64,000 bases of DNA. It comes from the human T2T-CHM13v2.0 reference genome, Homo sapiens. The translations under genes were made by a program, and so were the position numbers. The notes below the pieces were generated by a model. That model was not told the origin of the DNA. It saw only the letters and a program-made list of their open reading frames with translations, and searched no databases. How positions within the stretch are numbered: position 1 is the first letter of the stretch; each line of letters begins with the position of its first letter. The stretch lies in assembly GCF_009914755.1 (NCBI RefSeq), contig NC_060930.1; one strand, written 5' to 3'. Below, in pieces: positions 44,851 through 58,001 of the stretch.

Positions 44851-46311
44851 ATGGCCAACAGATCGTCTTCAGCATGCACTCCTCTGGAATGTATTTTAAA
44901 GCACTGGGACTCCTTCAACCCTGAGACTTTGAAAAAAAAGTGACTCATATTCTATTGCACAAGAGCATAGCCTTCTTACTATCTTGGGGACAGATAAACC
45001 TGGCCCGCTGCGGGGAGCCTTGATTTTAATATTATCCAACAGTTAGATCTTTTCTCCAAACAGAAGGGCAAATGGACTGAGATCCCCTATGTACAGACTT
45101 TCTTTGCCCTGTGAAACAGCCCAGACCTTTACAAGTTCTGTACAATTGACCCAGTTCTTTTAGCGGCCACAGGGAATCGTTCCCCAGAGCTAAAGCAGGT
45201 TCCAGAGGAGCAATCTGAAACAGCTATTGAATGTCCCAATCCTTCCAGTCCCCCTCCAATCATACTATCAGCTCCTCCAGCTCCACTATCTCCAGTATAT
45301 CCTACTCTCCCCGCTTCATTCTTACCTCTGCAGGAAATGGCTGATAGGAATGGTGCCATGAGGGTTCAAGTTTCCTTCTCATTACAGGACCTTAAGCAAA
45401 TAAACAGAGACTTGGCCCAATTTTCTGATGACTCCGATAAGTATATAGAAATTTTCCAAAATTTAACTCAGGTGTTTGATCTCACATAGAGGGATGTTAT
45501 GTTGCTGCTAAGTCAGACCCTCACTGGGGCTGAAAAGCCAGCAGTTCCACAGGCAGCAGAAAAATATGGATATAAGCAACATGCCTCCTGTAGCAGACCA
45601 AGGAGAAAAAGAGGAGACAAGGAAGGTAAGGAAGAAGTGGAAACTCCATTCCCACTAGGAAGGGAAGCAGTTCCAGCGGACAACCCTGATTGGAACCCCA
45701 ATAACGCAGGAAATGAATGGAAAAGGAAGCACTTCTTAAGGTCTATGTTAGAGGGCCTATGGAAGACCAGGGCCAAACCTCTCGATTACTCTAAACTATC
45801 TATGATAGACCAGATGAGAATCCCACAGCCTTTATGGAAAGGCTAAGAGAGGCACTAATAAAACACACCTCTTTATCATGATTCAGTCGAGGGACAGCTA
45901 ATCCTGAAGGACAAGTTTATTACACAGTCAGCTCCCGATATTGGAAAGAAACTACAGAAACAAGCTATAGGACCAGATAGCACCCTAGAGAACCTCCTGA
46001 GAATAGCCACTTCAGTCATTTACAATACAGATCAGGAGGAGGCCCAAGAAAAGGAAAGGAAATATAAGTGAAGAACAGAGGCTCTAGTAGCAGCATTGCA
46101 CGCTTGTAAAGTCCAGGATCCCTGAGGTGCATCTGCTAGCTGTTATCAATGTGGCAAGTCAGGGCATTTTAAGAGGGAATGCCCAGGCAGCAAGACGAAG
46201 CCACCTTGACCCTGTCCAGCCTGTGGCGGAGACCACTGGAGATGGATCTGCCCCCAGAGGCAGAGGTCGCTGGGTTCAGAACCAGTCTCATAGATGGTCC
46301 AGCAGGACTGA
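44851..46311 (+). pseudogene. gag (multiple stops and frameshifts)
   Basis: [27 protein letters not shown]; capsid GREAVP..NPDWNPN; zinc knuckle CYQCGKSGHFKREC at 46141-46182; ends VQQD-TGA. Confidence 0.9.
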
Positions 46312-49300
46312 CGGGTCCCGAGGCTTAAACCCCCGGCTCCAGCGACTCAGACTGCCATTACAGCACAGGAACCCTGAGTGATTCTGGAAATTGAAGGAAG
46401 GAAGGTAGATCTCCTTCTGGATACTGAAGCCAGTCTCTTGCTCCTCCTCTCTAATTCAGGCCTCCCCTCTTCCCAGAGCACAACCATAAGGGGTGTATCA
46501 CGAAAAACTCTAACCCAATATTTTTCTCAACCCCTTTTGCAGATGGGGAGACTTACTATTTAAACATGCCTTTTTAATCATGCCTGAAAGTCCCACTCCT
46601 TTATTAGGTAGATATATTCTAGCTTGCATGGGGGCCTGCAGCATCTTTACAGCCCCAGGACAAACTCTATCTCCCCCTGATGGAAGCTAACATTAATGTG
46701 GAAGTGTGGGCAACTTAAGGAAGAATAGGTTGAGCTATAACCACTACGCCAGTCCAGATCTATCTTAAGGATCCCACTTCTTTTCCTAACCAGAGATATT
46801 ATCCCTAAGGCCAGAGGCTAGGAAAGGGCTAGAAGCCATTATTAATAACCTAAAGATGCAGGGCCTCCTCAAACCCTGTAATAGCCCCTGCAACACCCCA
46901 ATATTAGGAGCACAGAAACCCAATGGGGAATGAAGCCTGGTTCAGGACCTTCGCCTCATTAATGAAGCTGTAGTTCCAATCCATCCAGTGGTCCCTAATC
47001 CCTATACCCTGTTAACTCAAATACCTGAGGGAACTAAATGGTTTACAGTCCTAGATTTAAAGGATGCCTTTTTCTGTACACCGTTACATCCTGACTGTCA
47101 ATACCGGTTTGCCTTCAAATATTCCTCCAGCCAGACGCCCAGTTAACACTGACGGTGCTGCCTCAGGGATTCTGAAATAGTCCTCATCTGTTTGGACAGG
47201 CACTGTCACAAGACCTCTCTGAGTTCTCTCAACCTTAAGTTAAGGTCTTGCAGTATGTTGATGATATTCTGCTATGTGCCCCAACTGAGGATGCTTTTCA
47301 GGAAGGCACTGAAGCTCTTCTCAATATGTTAGCTAACAGAGAATATAAAGTTTCAAAACCCAAGGCCCAGCTCTGCAAAACCTCAGTGAAGTACACCTAG
47401 GCTTAGTGCTGTCTGAGGGGACCAGAGCATTAGGGAAGGAGGGAGTTGAGAATATTTCTTCCTTTCCCCTCCCCAAAACCCTCAAGCAACTCAGAGGATT
47501 TTGGGGCATTACAGGATTTTGTAGACTATGGATACCTGGGTATGGTGAAATAGGCTGTCCATGATATAACCTCATAAAATAAACTCAAGGAACTAAAACT
47601 CATCTTTTAACCTGGGAATCTGAAGCTCAAAAGGCCTTTGACCAGCTAAAGCAAGCCTTGCTTAAGGCACCAACTTTCACCCTTCCTATAGGGAAGGACT
47701 TCAATCTGTATGTATCAGAAAAGAAGGGAATGGCCCTGGGAGTATTAACACAGGCCCAAAGACCAGGCCAACAGCCAGTGGGTTGCCTAAGTAAGGAACT
47801 TGAGTTGGTGGCTAAAGGATGGCCAGCATGCCTCCCCGCCATTGCCTCAGTGGCTCTGTTGGTCCCAGAAGCCTCCAAATTAACTCTGGAAAATGATTTA
47901 ACTATTTATGCCCCACCTAACGTGGCAGGACTACTGCACTTTTGGGGGAGCCTTTGGCTAACAGATAGCTGACTTCTTAAATATCAGGCCCTGCTGTTAA
48001 AGGGTTCCAACATCCAATTAAAGAATTGTTCTCACCTAAATCCAGCCGCCTTCCACCAGGAGGAAACTGGGGAATCTGAGCATGACTATGAACAAATCAT
48101 AGTACAGACCTATGCAGCCAGGGAAGATCTCAAGGAAACTCCCCTAGAGAACCCAGACTGGACCCTCTTGACAGATGGGAGCTCTTTTGTAGAACAAGGA
48201 ATCTGTAAGGCAGGATACACAGTAGTCACTCTACATGACATCACTGAAAGTGTGTCACTCCCTCCAGGCACAAGCGCTCAATTAGCTGAGCTAATCGCTC
48301 TTACAGAAGCAATTGAATTAAGCAAAGGAAAGGTAGCTAACATTTACACAGACTCCAAATATGCTTTCCTGGTTCTCCATGCTCATGCTGCCATTTGGAA
48401 CGAAAGGCATTTTCTTACCACCGATGGATCTCCTATAAATACCTCCAGGAAATTAACAGGTTATTATCCTCAGTTTTTCTTCCATGAGAAATAGCAGTGA
48501 TGCATTGTAGGAGACATCAAAAGGGAACAGATGAGGTAGCCAAAGGAAACAGATTAGCTGATCAGGCAGCTAAGTCAGCAGCAAGGAAGGCTCAAGACAA
48601 CACACTTCAAACCCCTCTAATCTGGGAAGGCTCCATGAGAGAAATTAAACCTCAGTACTCCCCCACAGAAATAGGATGGGCCACTTCTCGAGGGTATACA
48701 TTTCAGCCCTCAGGATGGCTACAGTCACAAGATGGCAAACTCCCCTTGACGGCCTCCAGCCAATGGAAAGTCCTTAAAGTGCTTCACCAAGCTTTTCACT
48801 TGGGAGAGGATAAAACTTATCAATGTGCCCAGAGATTGTTTTCAGGAAAGAACTTACTAAAAACAATCAAGCAAGTTGTTCATGCTTGTGAAGTCTGTCT
48901 TAAAAATAATCCCCTGAACAGGCGACTCCTTCCTCCTCAAACCCAAAGAACAAAAAGATACCCAAGGGAGGAGTGGCAGGTAAACTTCACCCACATGCCA
49001 AAGACAAAGGGCATTCAATACCTGCTGTATGGGTAGATACCTTCACTAACTGGGTAGAAGCATTTCCATGTTGTACAGAAAAAGCCTCTGAGGTAATAAA
49101 AGTATTAGTTAATGAAATAACTCCCTGCTTTCATCTATCCAAGTACCTTCAAAGTGACAATGGGCCCTCATTTAAGGCAGCTGTCACACAAGGGATCTCA
49201 AAAGCACTAGGCATAGAATATCATCTCCATTGGGCTTAGAGACCCTAATCCTCAGGAAAGGTAGAGAAAACTAATGATATTACCAAGAGACACACCAGAA

Positions 49301-49816
49301 AATTGTCCCAAGAAACTCACCTTCCTTGGGTCACTCTTCCTCCCACGGCCTTACTACGAATAAGAGATACCCCTTGAAAATTAGGTCTTAGCTTTTTTGA
49401 AATGCTGTATGGACACACTTTCCTTACCAATGATTTTTCTATTAGATCGGGAAACCTCTGAGCTAGTTAAGCATGTAACCTCTCTGGCTCACTTCCAACA
49501 GGAATTAGCACAATTAGCGAAAACCCAATCCCAGGAAATTGGACCACCTCTATTTAACCCAGGAGATTTGGTACTGGTAAAGGATCCTCCTCTCTCTCTC
49601 CCTTCCTAAGCCCAACCTAGGAAGGGCCTCACACTGTTCTTCTTCCAACTCCCCCAACAATAAAAGGTACAGGAATCGACCGACTCCTGGAAACATCACA
49701 CTCAAGTCAAAGCCTGGAGAGCTGAGGGAGCAACCCCCAACAGCCCAGAGGAACGTCCTGAATAGCAATGTGAAGAAATGGAAGATCTTAAGCTGAAAAT
49801 CATAAAAGATAAGTAA
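46312..49816 (+). pseudogene. pro-pol (protease, RT, RNase H, integrase; disrupted)
   Basis: LLLDTEA (protease), VLDLKDAFF and QYVDDIL (47251, RT), TDGSSF..AQLAELIAL..YTDSKY (RNase H), H..H..CEVC, VDTFTNWVEAFP and SDNGPSF (integrase). Confidence 0.92.
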
Positions 49817-50102
49817 CTATATGAGAACTAATCATCTTATTCAGTCTCACCCCTACCTCAACAAATACTTTTTGTCATTTCTACCTCTCCTTTTGAGCCA
49901 AATATCAGAACTTCTTTTTGGTGGAAATTATTTACTACTCCAACCTTGCAGGAATTGCTATACTCACTCTGCTATTTGCAGTAGAACTATATACTGTAGC
50001 ACCCTCAGGGTGGAATGTCAGAGAGAGAATCTCAATTACTACTGCATTTTGCTTAATTATTAACCTCACAGCAGGAATAACAGTTACTAACAGGAAGTAA
50101 AC

Positions 50103-51978
50103 ATGAGCATTTTACTATCACTAAATCTGTTAGAACTCTTTATTGGACTTAGTAATACGTCGCACCATCTAGCTCCTACAATATCTGCCATGGCCCATTT
50201 GTACAGTAAGACTAATTGTTGGGTCTGTCCTAAGTGGTTCGCTCAGTTCAGTGACACTAAGGAACCTTATAGTTACCCGGAACTCACCATCTTAGGATTC
50301 CCTTTGTTGGCTTTACCTTTAACCCTTAAAGACTTATCAGGCATAAATGGGACATGGTATGGGAACACTTTCAATTGGGTGACTAACTCTTCCCAGGAGA
50401 ACACTCTGCCCCAGCGCCAAAGAACTTTCTCCCAAAGATAAGCTTCACACCCTCAGGCTTGGAAAAGTTGATGGAGTAATAGCAAATGCCTCCCTCTGCT
50501 TTAAAAGTAGTGGGGAAGAACCATACTTGGGAGTAACATCACACTTGTAATTGCTGATAGTTCAAAGATTTGAGGAGAGTGCAACAAGGGTGATATACAA
50601 GGATAGAAGCCCTAGTGGGGGGCTTTCAGAAACTAGTCTCCTTCTGGTTGGAAGTACCGATGGGAGTGGCATGCTCTAAGTAACCAACTTGACTATAATG
50701 TAAAAAATAACACATGGGTCTTTCCAAACTCCCCCCCACCCATGGAATTCCAGACCCTTGTATGATGTTTGCTAACAGTGGCGGCTTACTGATCTGAGGG
50801 CGAACTGAAGACATCTGGACTGACACCCCTTGCCACAAGAATCATCTGAGATATTGGCCAGGGCATATTACGTCTCTAATTTTTCAAAACTCCATTTGTC
50901 AGGTGGACCCTTTTCACTTGGCATGTCAAATTCCAAATGACATCGTAAATGACTACCCTAAATATGGTTATCTTTATCCCAAGGATGCCTCTATTATATG
51001 TAAAGAAAGGAAAGTTCTAAGATATGAGAAAAATCTGCCAGTGTCTCTCACAAGCCACAACTTAGAACCATCCCTTCAAGGAACAGGGCTACATTTTCTT
51101 TGTGGCTCCTGGATACACTTAATCCTCCCAAGGCATTAGAAGGGAACTTGTACTATAGCTGCAGTAGTTCTCAACTTATTAAATTCTACCAAGATGACAG
51201 CATCATCTGGGGACATCCCTAACTTAGCCTCTTTTCTAGAAACTGCACTATTCTGAATACATCGGACAAAGGGATCTATCATTTCTATGCCCTCATATGG
51301 AGATTTAACTGAAAGGGCAGCCTGGGGAGGGCATGCACATGACAATCTCATCTTAGAAAAAGCATGGATGGGAAATTCTATAGCCAGAGGTATATTCTGG
51401 TTTATGGGCATCCCCTCTCCTTGAAAGATCAATACTTAATATCTCTATTATAATGCAATGAGGATGGAAGGCAACTGTATGGGCCATAGAGGCACAACCA
51501 CAATCTATAGACTCTTTAGCCTTAGTAGGTAGTAGCACAAAATCGACAGGCCTTAGATGTCCTTACAGCTGAAGTGGGAGGTACCTGTGCACTTTTAAAT
51601 GCAACATGCTGCTTCTGGATTAACCCTCTAGTAGATTAAGGAAAATCTACAGGTACTTAAAGATCAAATCAAAATTATTGACAGGCTAAGAGAAAATGAA
51701 GGCTTCAGCCCCAGGTGACTACAATCCCTCTTTAATGAATTCCAGTCTTCTTTATGGAATTGGTTAGCCCCTTTATTAAGCTCCCTCTTGCTTACATGTC
51801 TTACATTAACTCAATACTATAACTCAATACTATATAACTTGTATAACTCAGTACTATAACTAGAATTGTTTCCTATCGCCTAGAAGCAATCAAATTCCAA
51901 GTGGTGTTGCAAACCAAACCACACATGGACATGCCATTCTTCCGAGGATCCTTGGATCTACCCCAGGAGGAGCCCTAG
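50103..51978 (+). pseudogene. env (disrupted)
   Basis: Signal-like MSILLSLNLL, TNCWVC motif, and QNRQALDVLTAEVGGTCALLNATCCFWI (ISD plus CX6CC) at about 51538-51621. Confidence 0.88.
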
Positions 51979-52111
51979 CTGCTGTTCCCCATTCAATGCT
52001 CCTTTTCAGCAGGAAGTAGCCGGAAAGAGTCATCACCCAAAACCCCCTAACAGCAGTTAGGGTGACATCTCCTCCGGGTAGAATGTTATAGGAGTTATTA
52101 AAAAATTATTT

Positions 52112-53360
52112 GGCCACTGCCCTCACTGCCGCTGCTGCTGTTGACCTCGCCAGGGCTGCTTCGTCTCCGAGGTCAGACTGCTCCCAATGCCATGAACGGA
52201 GACAGCACCTTTGCAAAGAGACCCAGGGATGATGCTCAGATATCAGAGAAGAAACACAAGGCCTTCAATGATATTGCCAGATACTTATCTAATAAAGAGT
52301 GGGGAAAGCTGAAAAACTCAGAGAAAATCACCTATGTGTATATGAAGAGAAACTATGAGACCATGACTAAACTAGGTCTCTAGGCCACCCTCCCAACTTT
52401 CATGTACAATAAATGGGCTGCAGAATTCCAGGGGAATGATTCTGATATAGACTAAAACTGCAGGAATCAGGATGAATATCCTCAGATGGCTTTCGGCATG
52501 CTACAAGGGAACTTTCCAAAGATGATGCCCAAGAAGCCAGCAGAGGAAGGAAATGATTTGAAGGGAGTGCCAGAAACATCTGGCTCACAAAACAATGGGA
52601 AACAGCTGTGTCCCCTGGGAAAAGAAAGTACCTCTGAGAAGACTAACAAGACATCTAGACCCAAGAAAAGGGGGAACACGTCTGGACCCACGGACTGCGA
52701 GAGAGAAAGTATCTAGTGATTTATGAAGAGATCAGAAACCCTGAGGAAGATGACAAATAACTCCCCTCAGGGATAGGATGCATGCCCATGATGAGAAGCA
52801 GAAACTGGTGACCTTCTATGAACATGGGCATGGCTGCGAACCCCTCATCATCAGGTGTATAGCAAGTGAAAGCAGGAGTTCACGACAGTGAAAAGTTGAG
52901 CGTCATTTTTCTTACAGTGTGCCAAGAGTTAGATATTAGCATTTTCATTGTATTTTCTTACAGTGTGCCATCCTGTTAGATATTTGCATTTTTGTTGATG
53001 AATGAGACATAGTTAATGCATATTTCTGTTTGTGTATCCATGCACCTACCTCAGAAAACAAGTATTGTCAGGTATTCTCTGCATAGAACAGCACTACCCT
53101 CCTCTCTCCCCAGATGTGACTATTGAGGCCAGTTCTGGGTGTTTCAGATTTTTTTTCTCTGCATTTACACACACACACATACACACGTGGAATACCACTA
53201 TAAATATCTCCATCTGCTTTTCCCCATCGCTAATGAGTCCTGGTCAAGCCCCCCTCACTCTGTTTCCTGTTCAACATGCACTCCCTGCTGCAAACTCCCC
53301 TCATCTGATTCCCCTGTGTTGGTCACTGCCAGTTAATAAACATTTACAAACTTAAAAAAA
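52112..53360 (+). pseudogene. SSXP10: SSX family processed pseudogene (probably SSXP10); CDS homology 52192-52760
   Basis: Intronless [56 protein letters not shown]. Stop at 52381-52383, a further stop and frameshift, SSXRD-like [25 protein letters not shown] 53335-53340 and A tail 53354-53360. Symbol from recollection of the locus. Confidence 0.9.
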
Positions 53361-53827
53361 CAGATAGGACAAGGGGACCTTGGCAAGGTTTTTTTCTTTT
53401 AAAGCAGCTCCAGAAACTTTATTGCCTAGCAGAAAAACAGCTTGAGGGGCTGAGCCGGCAAGCTTTGATATGCAAATACCAGCCATCAGAAACTGGGTCC
53501 ACTCAATACAGCGATTCCTGCCTCAACTTCTTGTCACCACAAGTGCCTAGCATCATGGACACCACCACATATCCCCATGTGTATAGAACATCATAGCCCC
53601 CTGCATTTGCATACTCAAAGGCTAGGGTGGGAGGACCCTTTTTTTGGCGGGTTAAGTGAATGATATACCTGGTCAAACCAATCCCCTGGGCCTCAAATCA
53701 GACACTGCCTCCTCCAGCCTCCTAATATAACTGGCTCTTTTCCACACTCGGAGTTCCCCCTCTCAGCTTGGAGCCCCCCTCCATCTCTGTACAGGAGAGC
53801 CTCTTCCTTCTTTCTTGCTTATTATTA

Positions 53828-53944
53828 TTTGTGTATCCATGCACCTACCCCAGAAAACAAGTATTGTCAGGTATTCTGTGCATAGAACATCACTACCCTC
53901 CTCTCTCCCCAGATGTGACTACTGAGGCCAGTTCTGGGTGTTTC
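53828..53944 (+). repeat. 117-bp direct copy of 53029-53145 (SSX 3' UTR) inside the 3' LTR
   Basis: Direct comparison shows 4 substitutions in 117 bp; absent from the 5' LTR. Confidence 0.95.
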
Positions 53945-54303
53945 TTGGTATTAAACTCTCTCTGCTCCTTAAAAGCACTCCACATGTGTCCGTGTCGTTT
54001 TATTTAAACCGGCGAGACAAAGGACCCTGGTGTTCCTCCGGTCATCGGAGCCATATCACCTACATTCACGATTGTGTGACAAGAGCCCTTCCAGGTCCAT
54101 GGGTTCTTCACACATCTCTAAAATCAATTCAGTTCAGTTCAGCTGGGTAAGGGTCCAGCAATCACACTCTCTCTACCAGGCTGAGAAGCAAAATGATGGC
54201 AAAAATGAATGAATGAATGATATATACTGAAGGTAAAACTGAGGTCCATAAAGATACAAAAATATGCCTCCAACAATTTTAATTTCTGCAAACTTACTAG
54301 AGC

Positions 54304-54947
54304 TGAGGCAGGAGAACAGGGTCTGGAGGCAGGGAACCTAAGGCCAATTCACGCTGACTTCCTAGAACTAAATTAAGATGAAAACCCCAACTTTTCACAC
54401 CCAAGTAACAAAAGTACCAGAGGCTACTACTCCCTTTGCAAAGGCCCCCTCCCGCCCTGCCTTTTCTGTGTGGCAGATGAAAAACTGAACGTACCTCTGA
54501 TTGGTCCCCTCCTGCAACCAATCAGGCTGGTCATGGGCCAAGTCTTCATTTGCATAGAAGTGTAATTTTGTAACTTCACTTCAGCCTCTGACAGGTCACT
54601 TTCCACAACCAATCAGACGTCTGCATAGGGTGTAACTTTGTAACTTCACTTCAGCCTCTGATTGGTCACTTTCTGCAACCAATCAGACTGATCATGGGAC
54701 ACTACTTCATTTACATAGGGTGTACACGAAGTAACAAAATGGGAAACCTCTAGAGGGTATTTAAACCCCAGAGAATTCTGTAACCAGATTCTTGAGCTGC
54801 TTGCTTGAGCCCACTCCCACCCTGTTGAGTGTGCTTTCATTTTCAATAAATCTATGCTTTTATTGCTTCATTCTTTCCTTGCTTTGTGTATTTTGTCCAA
54901 TTCTTTGTTCAAAGCACCAAGAACCTGGACACCCTCCACCGGTAACA
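54304..54947 (+). mobile_element. Solo LTR, MER51-like
   Basis: TGAGGCAGGAGAACAGGGTCTGGAGGCAGGGAACCTAAGGCC start, ...ggtaaCA end, 4-bp TSD GAGC, repeated CCAAT boxes, TATA-like tatttaaa and AATAAA. Confidence 0.88.
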
Positions 54948-56499
54948 GAGCTATAATGACATTATACATCATGTTTAAGAATTTATGATTCAAATATTTA
55001 ATTTTCAGCAATAACATAAATTAACGAGAATTTAGAGATAAGGAACAAAGTTACTTGATTTACAAAAGAATGTAAATCAAATTGTTTTGAATACTGCCTT
55101 GAAATTACGATTTCACAAGCAAAAAAGTTCTTTGTATAACCTCTGACCTGCTACCATCTATAAATAAAGAACTAAAGTACAAAGAGGTTAAATTACTTGA
55201 CCAAGAACAGAGCTCAAAATAAAATCCTAGTATCCTGTTTCTCAATCTAGTGTTACCTATATTATCCTACACTATATCTCTCAGGGCTTTTCTCCCTTTG
55301 GATTCTGCCTTCCAAATACAGACATCTAGCACCAATGGTTAAAGAACAGGGCTTGGGGCTAAACAAACAGACTAAGAGAAACTCGTCTCCACCACTTGAA
55401 AAGCTATATAACCCTGAATACATTAACATCCTCTAGGTCTTTTTTTTTTTTTTTTTTTGATCAGTAAAAAGGAGATAATTGTATTTTACCTCAAAAGGAC
55501 TCCATAATAAAAGAATTTTAAAATAAGTTATATATAATGTGTAACATATTGCAAAATTTTATGAGAGATATTTTCTGTTAATTTTAAGGCTAATTGACCA
55601 AATAATTCACTGTCATATCTGGAAGTGATGTTATTTGAATATCCATTATCAGAGTCCTGAAAGTTTCAAAGTTGCAAAAACATAGTATTATTCACCAATG
55701 AATTGACTGTTAATAAAAAGCAGAACAGGCTAGAAAATGGTTGAAATATCACCTACCTTATATATAAAATGGGTTTATAATTGTACCACATAAAATTTTT
55801 TAATTAAATGAAAAATTTATGCAAACCTCTTATCATGATCATGATGCCCTGTAAATAAATAGTAAATGCTCAATAAATGTTGGTATCATTATTACCAAAA
55901 GGTTAAAAAGGAGTTCTCTATTTGCTTAAAAATAGTACCAAGGGTATACGTGGATGAGCAGAAGTAATGGCTGAAATAAGATTGTCATGTATTATAATTG
56001 TATAAATTTGGTGTGTACAAATATAGGTTACCACTTTTGCCTTCTTTCTACTTTGGTGTATGTTTGAAATTTTATGGAAAAAAAAGAAAAAGATAGTGAG
56101 AACAAGAAGATATTTTACATTAAGATGAGTTGTTTTAAAGAAACCATTCAGCAAAGTAAACTAATGAACAAATGAAACCTAATCATTGTAATAAAATACA
56201 TAAGCAAGGAAAAGAGACAGAGCCCCTGGGAAGTTTTCATATTGTCCTTCAAAATTAGTAGTTGCCTACAGCTGGGAAAATAGAGGGTTTGAAGGATAAT
56301 GGCTAAAGGGGATATAATTTCTTTTTGGTGTAATAAAAATGTTCTAAAATTGACAGTGGTAATAGATGTATGACTCTGTGAATATACTAAAAGTCATTGA
56401 ATTGTACACTTCAAACGGGTGTATGGTATAAGTCCATTACTGTACTGCTATAAATACCTGAAAAAGAATTTAAAAAAAAAAAAAGAAAAGAAAAGAAAT

Positions 56500-56770
56500 A
56501 TCGAGCCTGAGGTTTTTATAAAAGAAAGAGGTTTGATTGGAAGGCAAAGCAGGAGTAGGTGTCTTACATGGCAGGAGGAAGAGAGAGAGGAGAGAGGTGC
56601 TACACACTTTTAAACAACCTGATCTTGTGAGAAGTCTATCACGAGAACCGCACTAGGGGGATGATGCTAAACCATTCACGAGAAACTGCCTCCATGATGC
56701 AATCACCTCCCACCAGGCCCTACCAACATTGGGGAATACAATTTGACATGAGATTGGTGGGGGGAGGGGC
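56500..56770 (-). mobile_element. MST-type MaLR LTR fragment
   Basis: aaagaaagaggtttgattgg...ccatgatgcaatcacctcccaccaggccc...caatttgacatgagatt. Confidence 0.7.
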
Positions 56771-57696
56771 AGCGCATCGCAATAATGCTGTTTAAAAAAA
56801 AAAAAAAAGTATGGTCTTGATTTCCCAAATATCTCCGAAATCATCTAGTTGTCTTTTTCCTGTCTCTTTTTATGAACAAGTCACCACCAGCTTCTACTTC
56901 AACAGCAAGTGGTCTCCTACCTTCCAGTTTTGTTTTCTGGGATGTGATCCATCCTCAACACATCATCCACAGTGTTCTTTTACTTCCCAGCCTTTGACCA
57001 AGCTACTCTCTCAGCCTAGACTACTCTCCTCCCAAACCCCTTTTACCTTGCTGGTTCCTACTCACCTTTTTGGGCCTCAACCTAAACAACATTTCTGCCA
57101 GGAGTCTTTTCCCTAATCCCCTGGACTTCTGTATGTCCCTCTGTTGTCTATCCCTACCACCCTGTGTACTTCGCCTATCGTAACGCTCCTAACTATTTAC
57201 TGTCTTCTCCTCTAGACTTCATATATACAATGATTAGGGGAAATGTCTAATTCATACCCCCAGCACAGTGCTTAACATGCAACAGACATTCAATTAATAT
57301 TGGCTAAACAAATAAATAATCCAACAAGTCCTTATCTTTATAAGGCTTTTGTTTTTACACAAAATGAAGATAGTGTACCAAATGATAACTTGTTTCTTCC
57401 TTTCTGATATATATCCACAGGATGACCTCAAAATTTATAGTATTCAAGAGCCCTACGATTTCTCAGTAAAAACAACCAACTAATGAAGATATGATTAAAT
57501 TGAAGTTCATTTTTATCAGCCCCTATTTAAAATAAAATAGGTTAATTAGATAAGAAAATTATCTCTAATACAAATTAGCTGTTGGGAATAATCAAAAGAA
57601 AAAACTTAACACTATCTGTACCTTTTTAAAATAAAATACATAAGTACACTTAAAAATCAGCCCAAAACAGACATTAAAAACTATATTTAAGAACTC

Positions 57697-58001
<305 letters not shown>

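Larger units (their letters stand above)
42833..54058 (+). mobile_element. Full-length decayed ERV1 provirus (LTR27-like LTRs; HUERS-P3/MER52-like internal region)
   Basis: 5' LTR 42833-43451; 3' LTR 52084-54058 (interrupted); 4-bp TSD CCTA at 42829-42832 and 54059-54062; PBS, gag, pro-pol and env in order. Family name from memory. Confidence 0.92.

Noticed and set aside
52905-52997. Imperfect ~46-bp tandem repeat in the SSX 3' UTR
   Set aside because: Appears to be a native SSX mRNA feature as I recall it, not a local event
52084-53360. Retroviral transduction of SSX as an oncogene-like capture
   Set aside because: Sequence in U3 would be copied to both LTRs during reverse transcription; it is in the 3' LTR only and carries its own poly(A) tail
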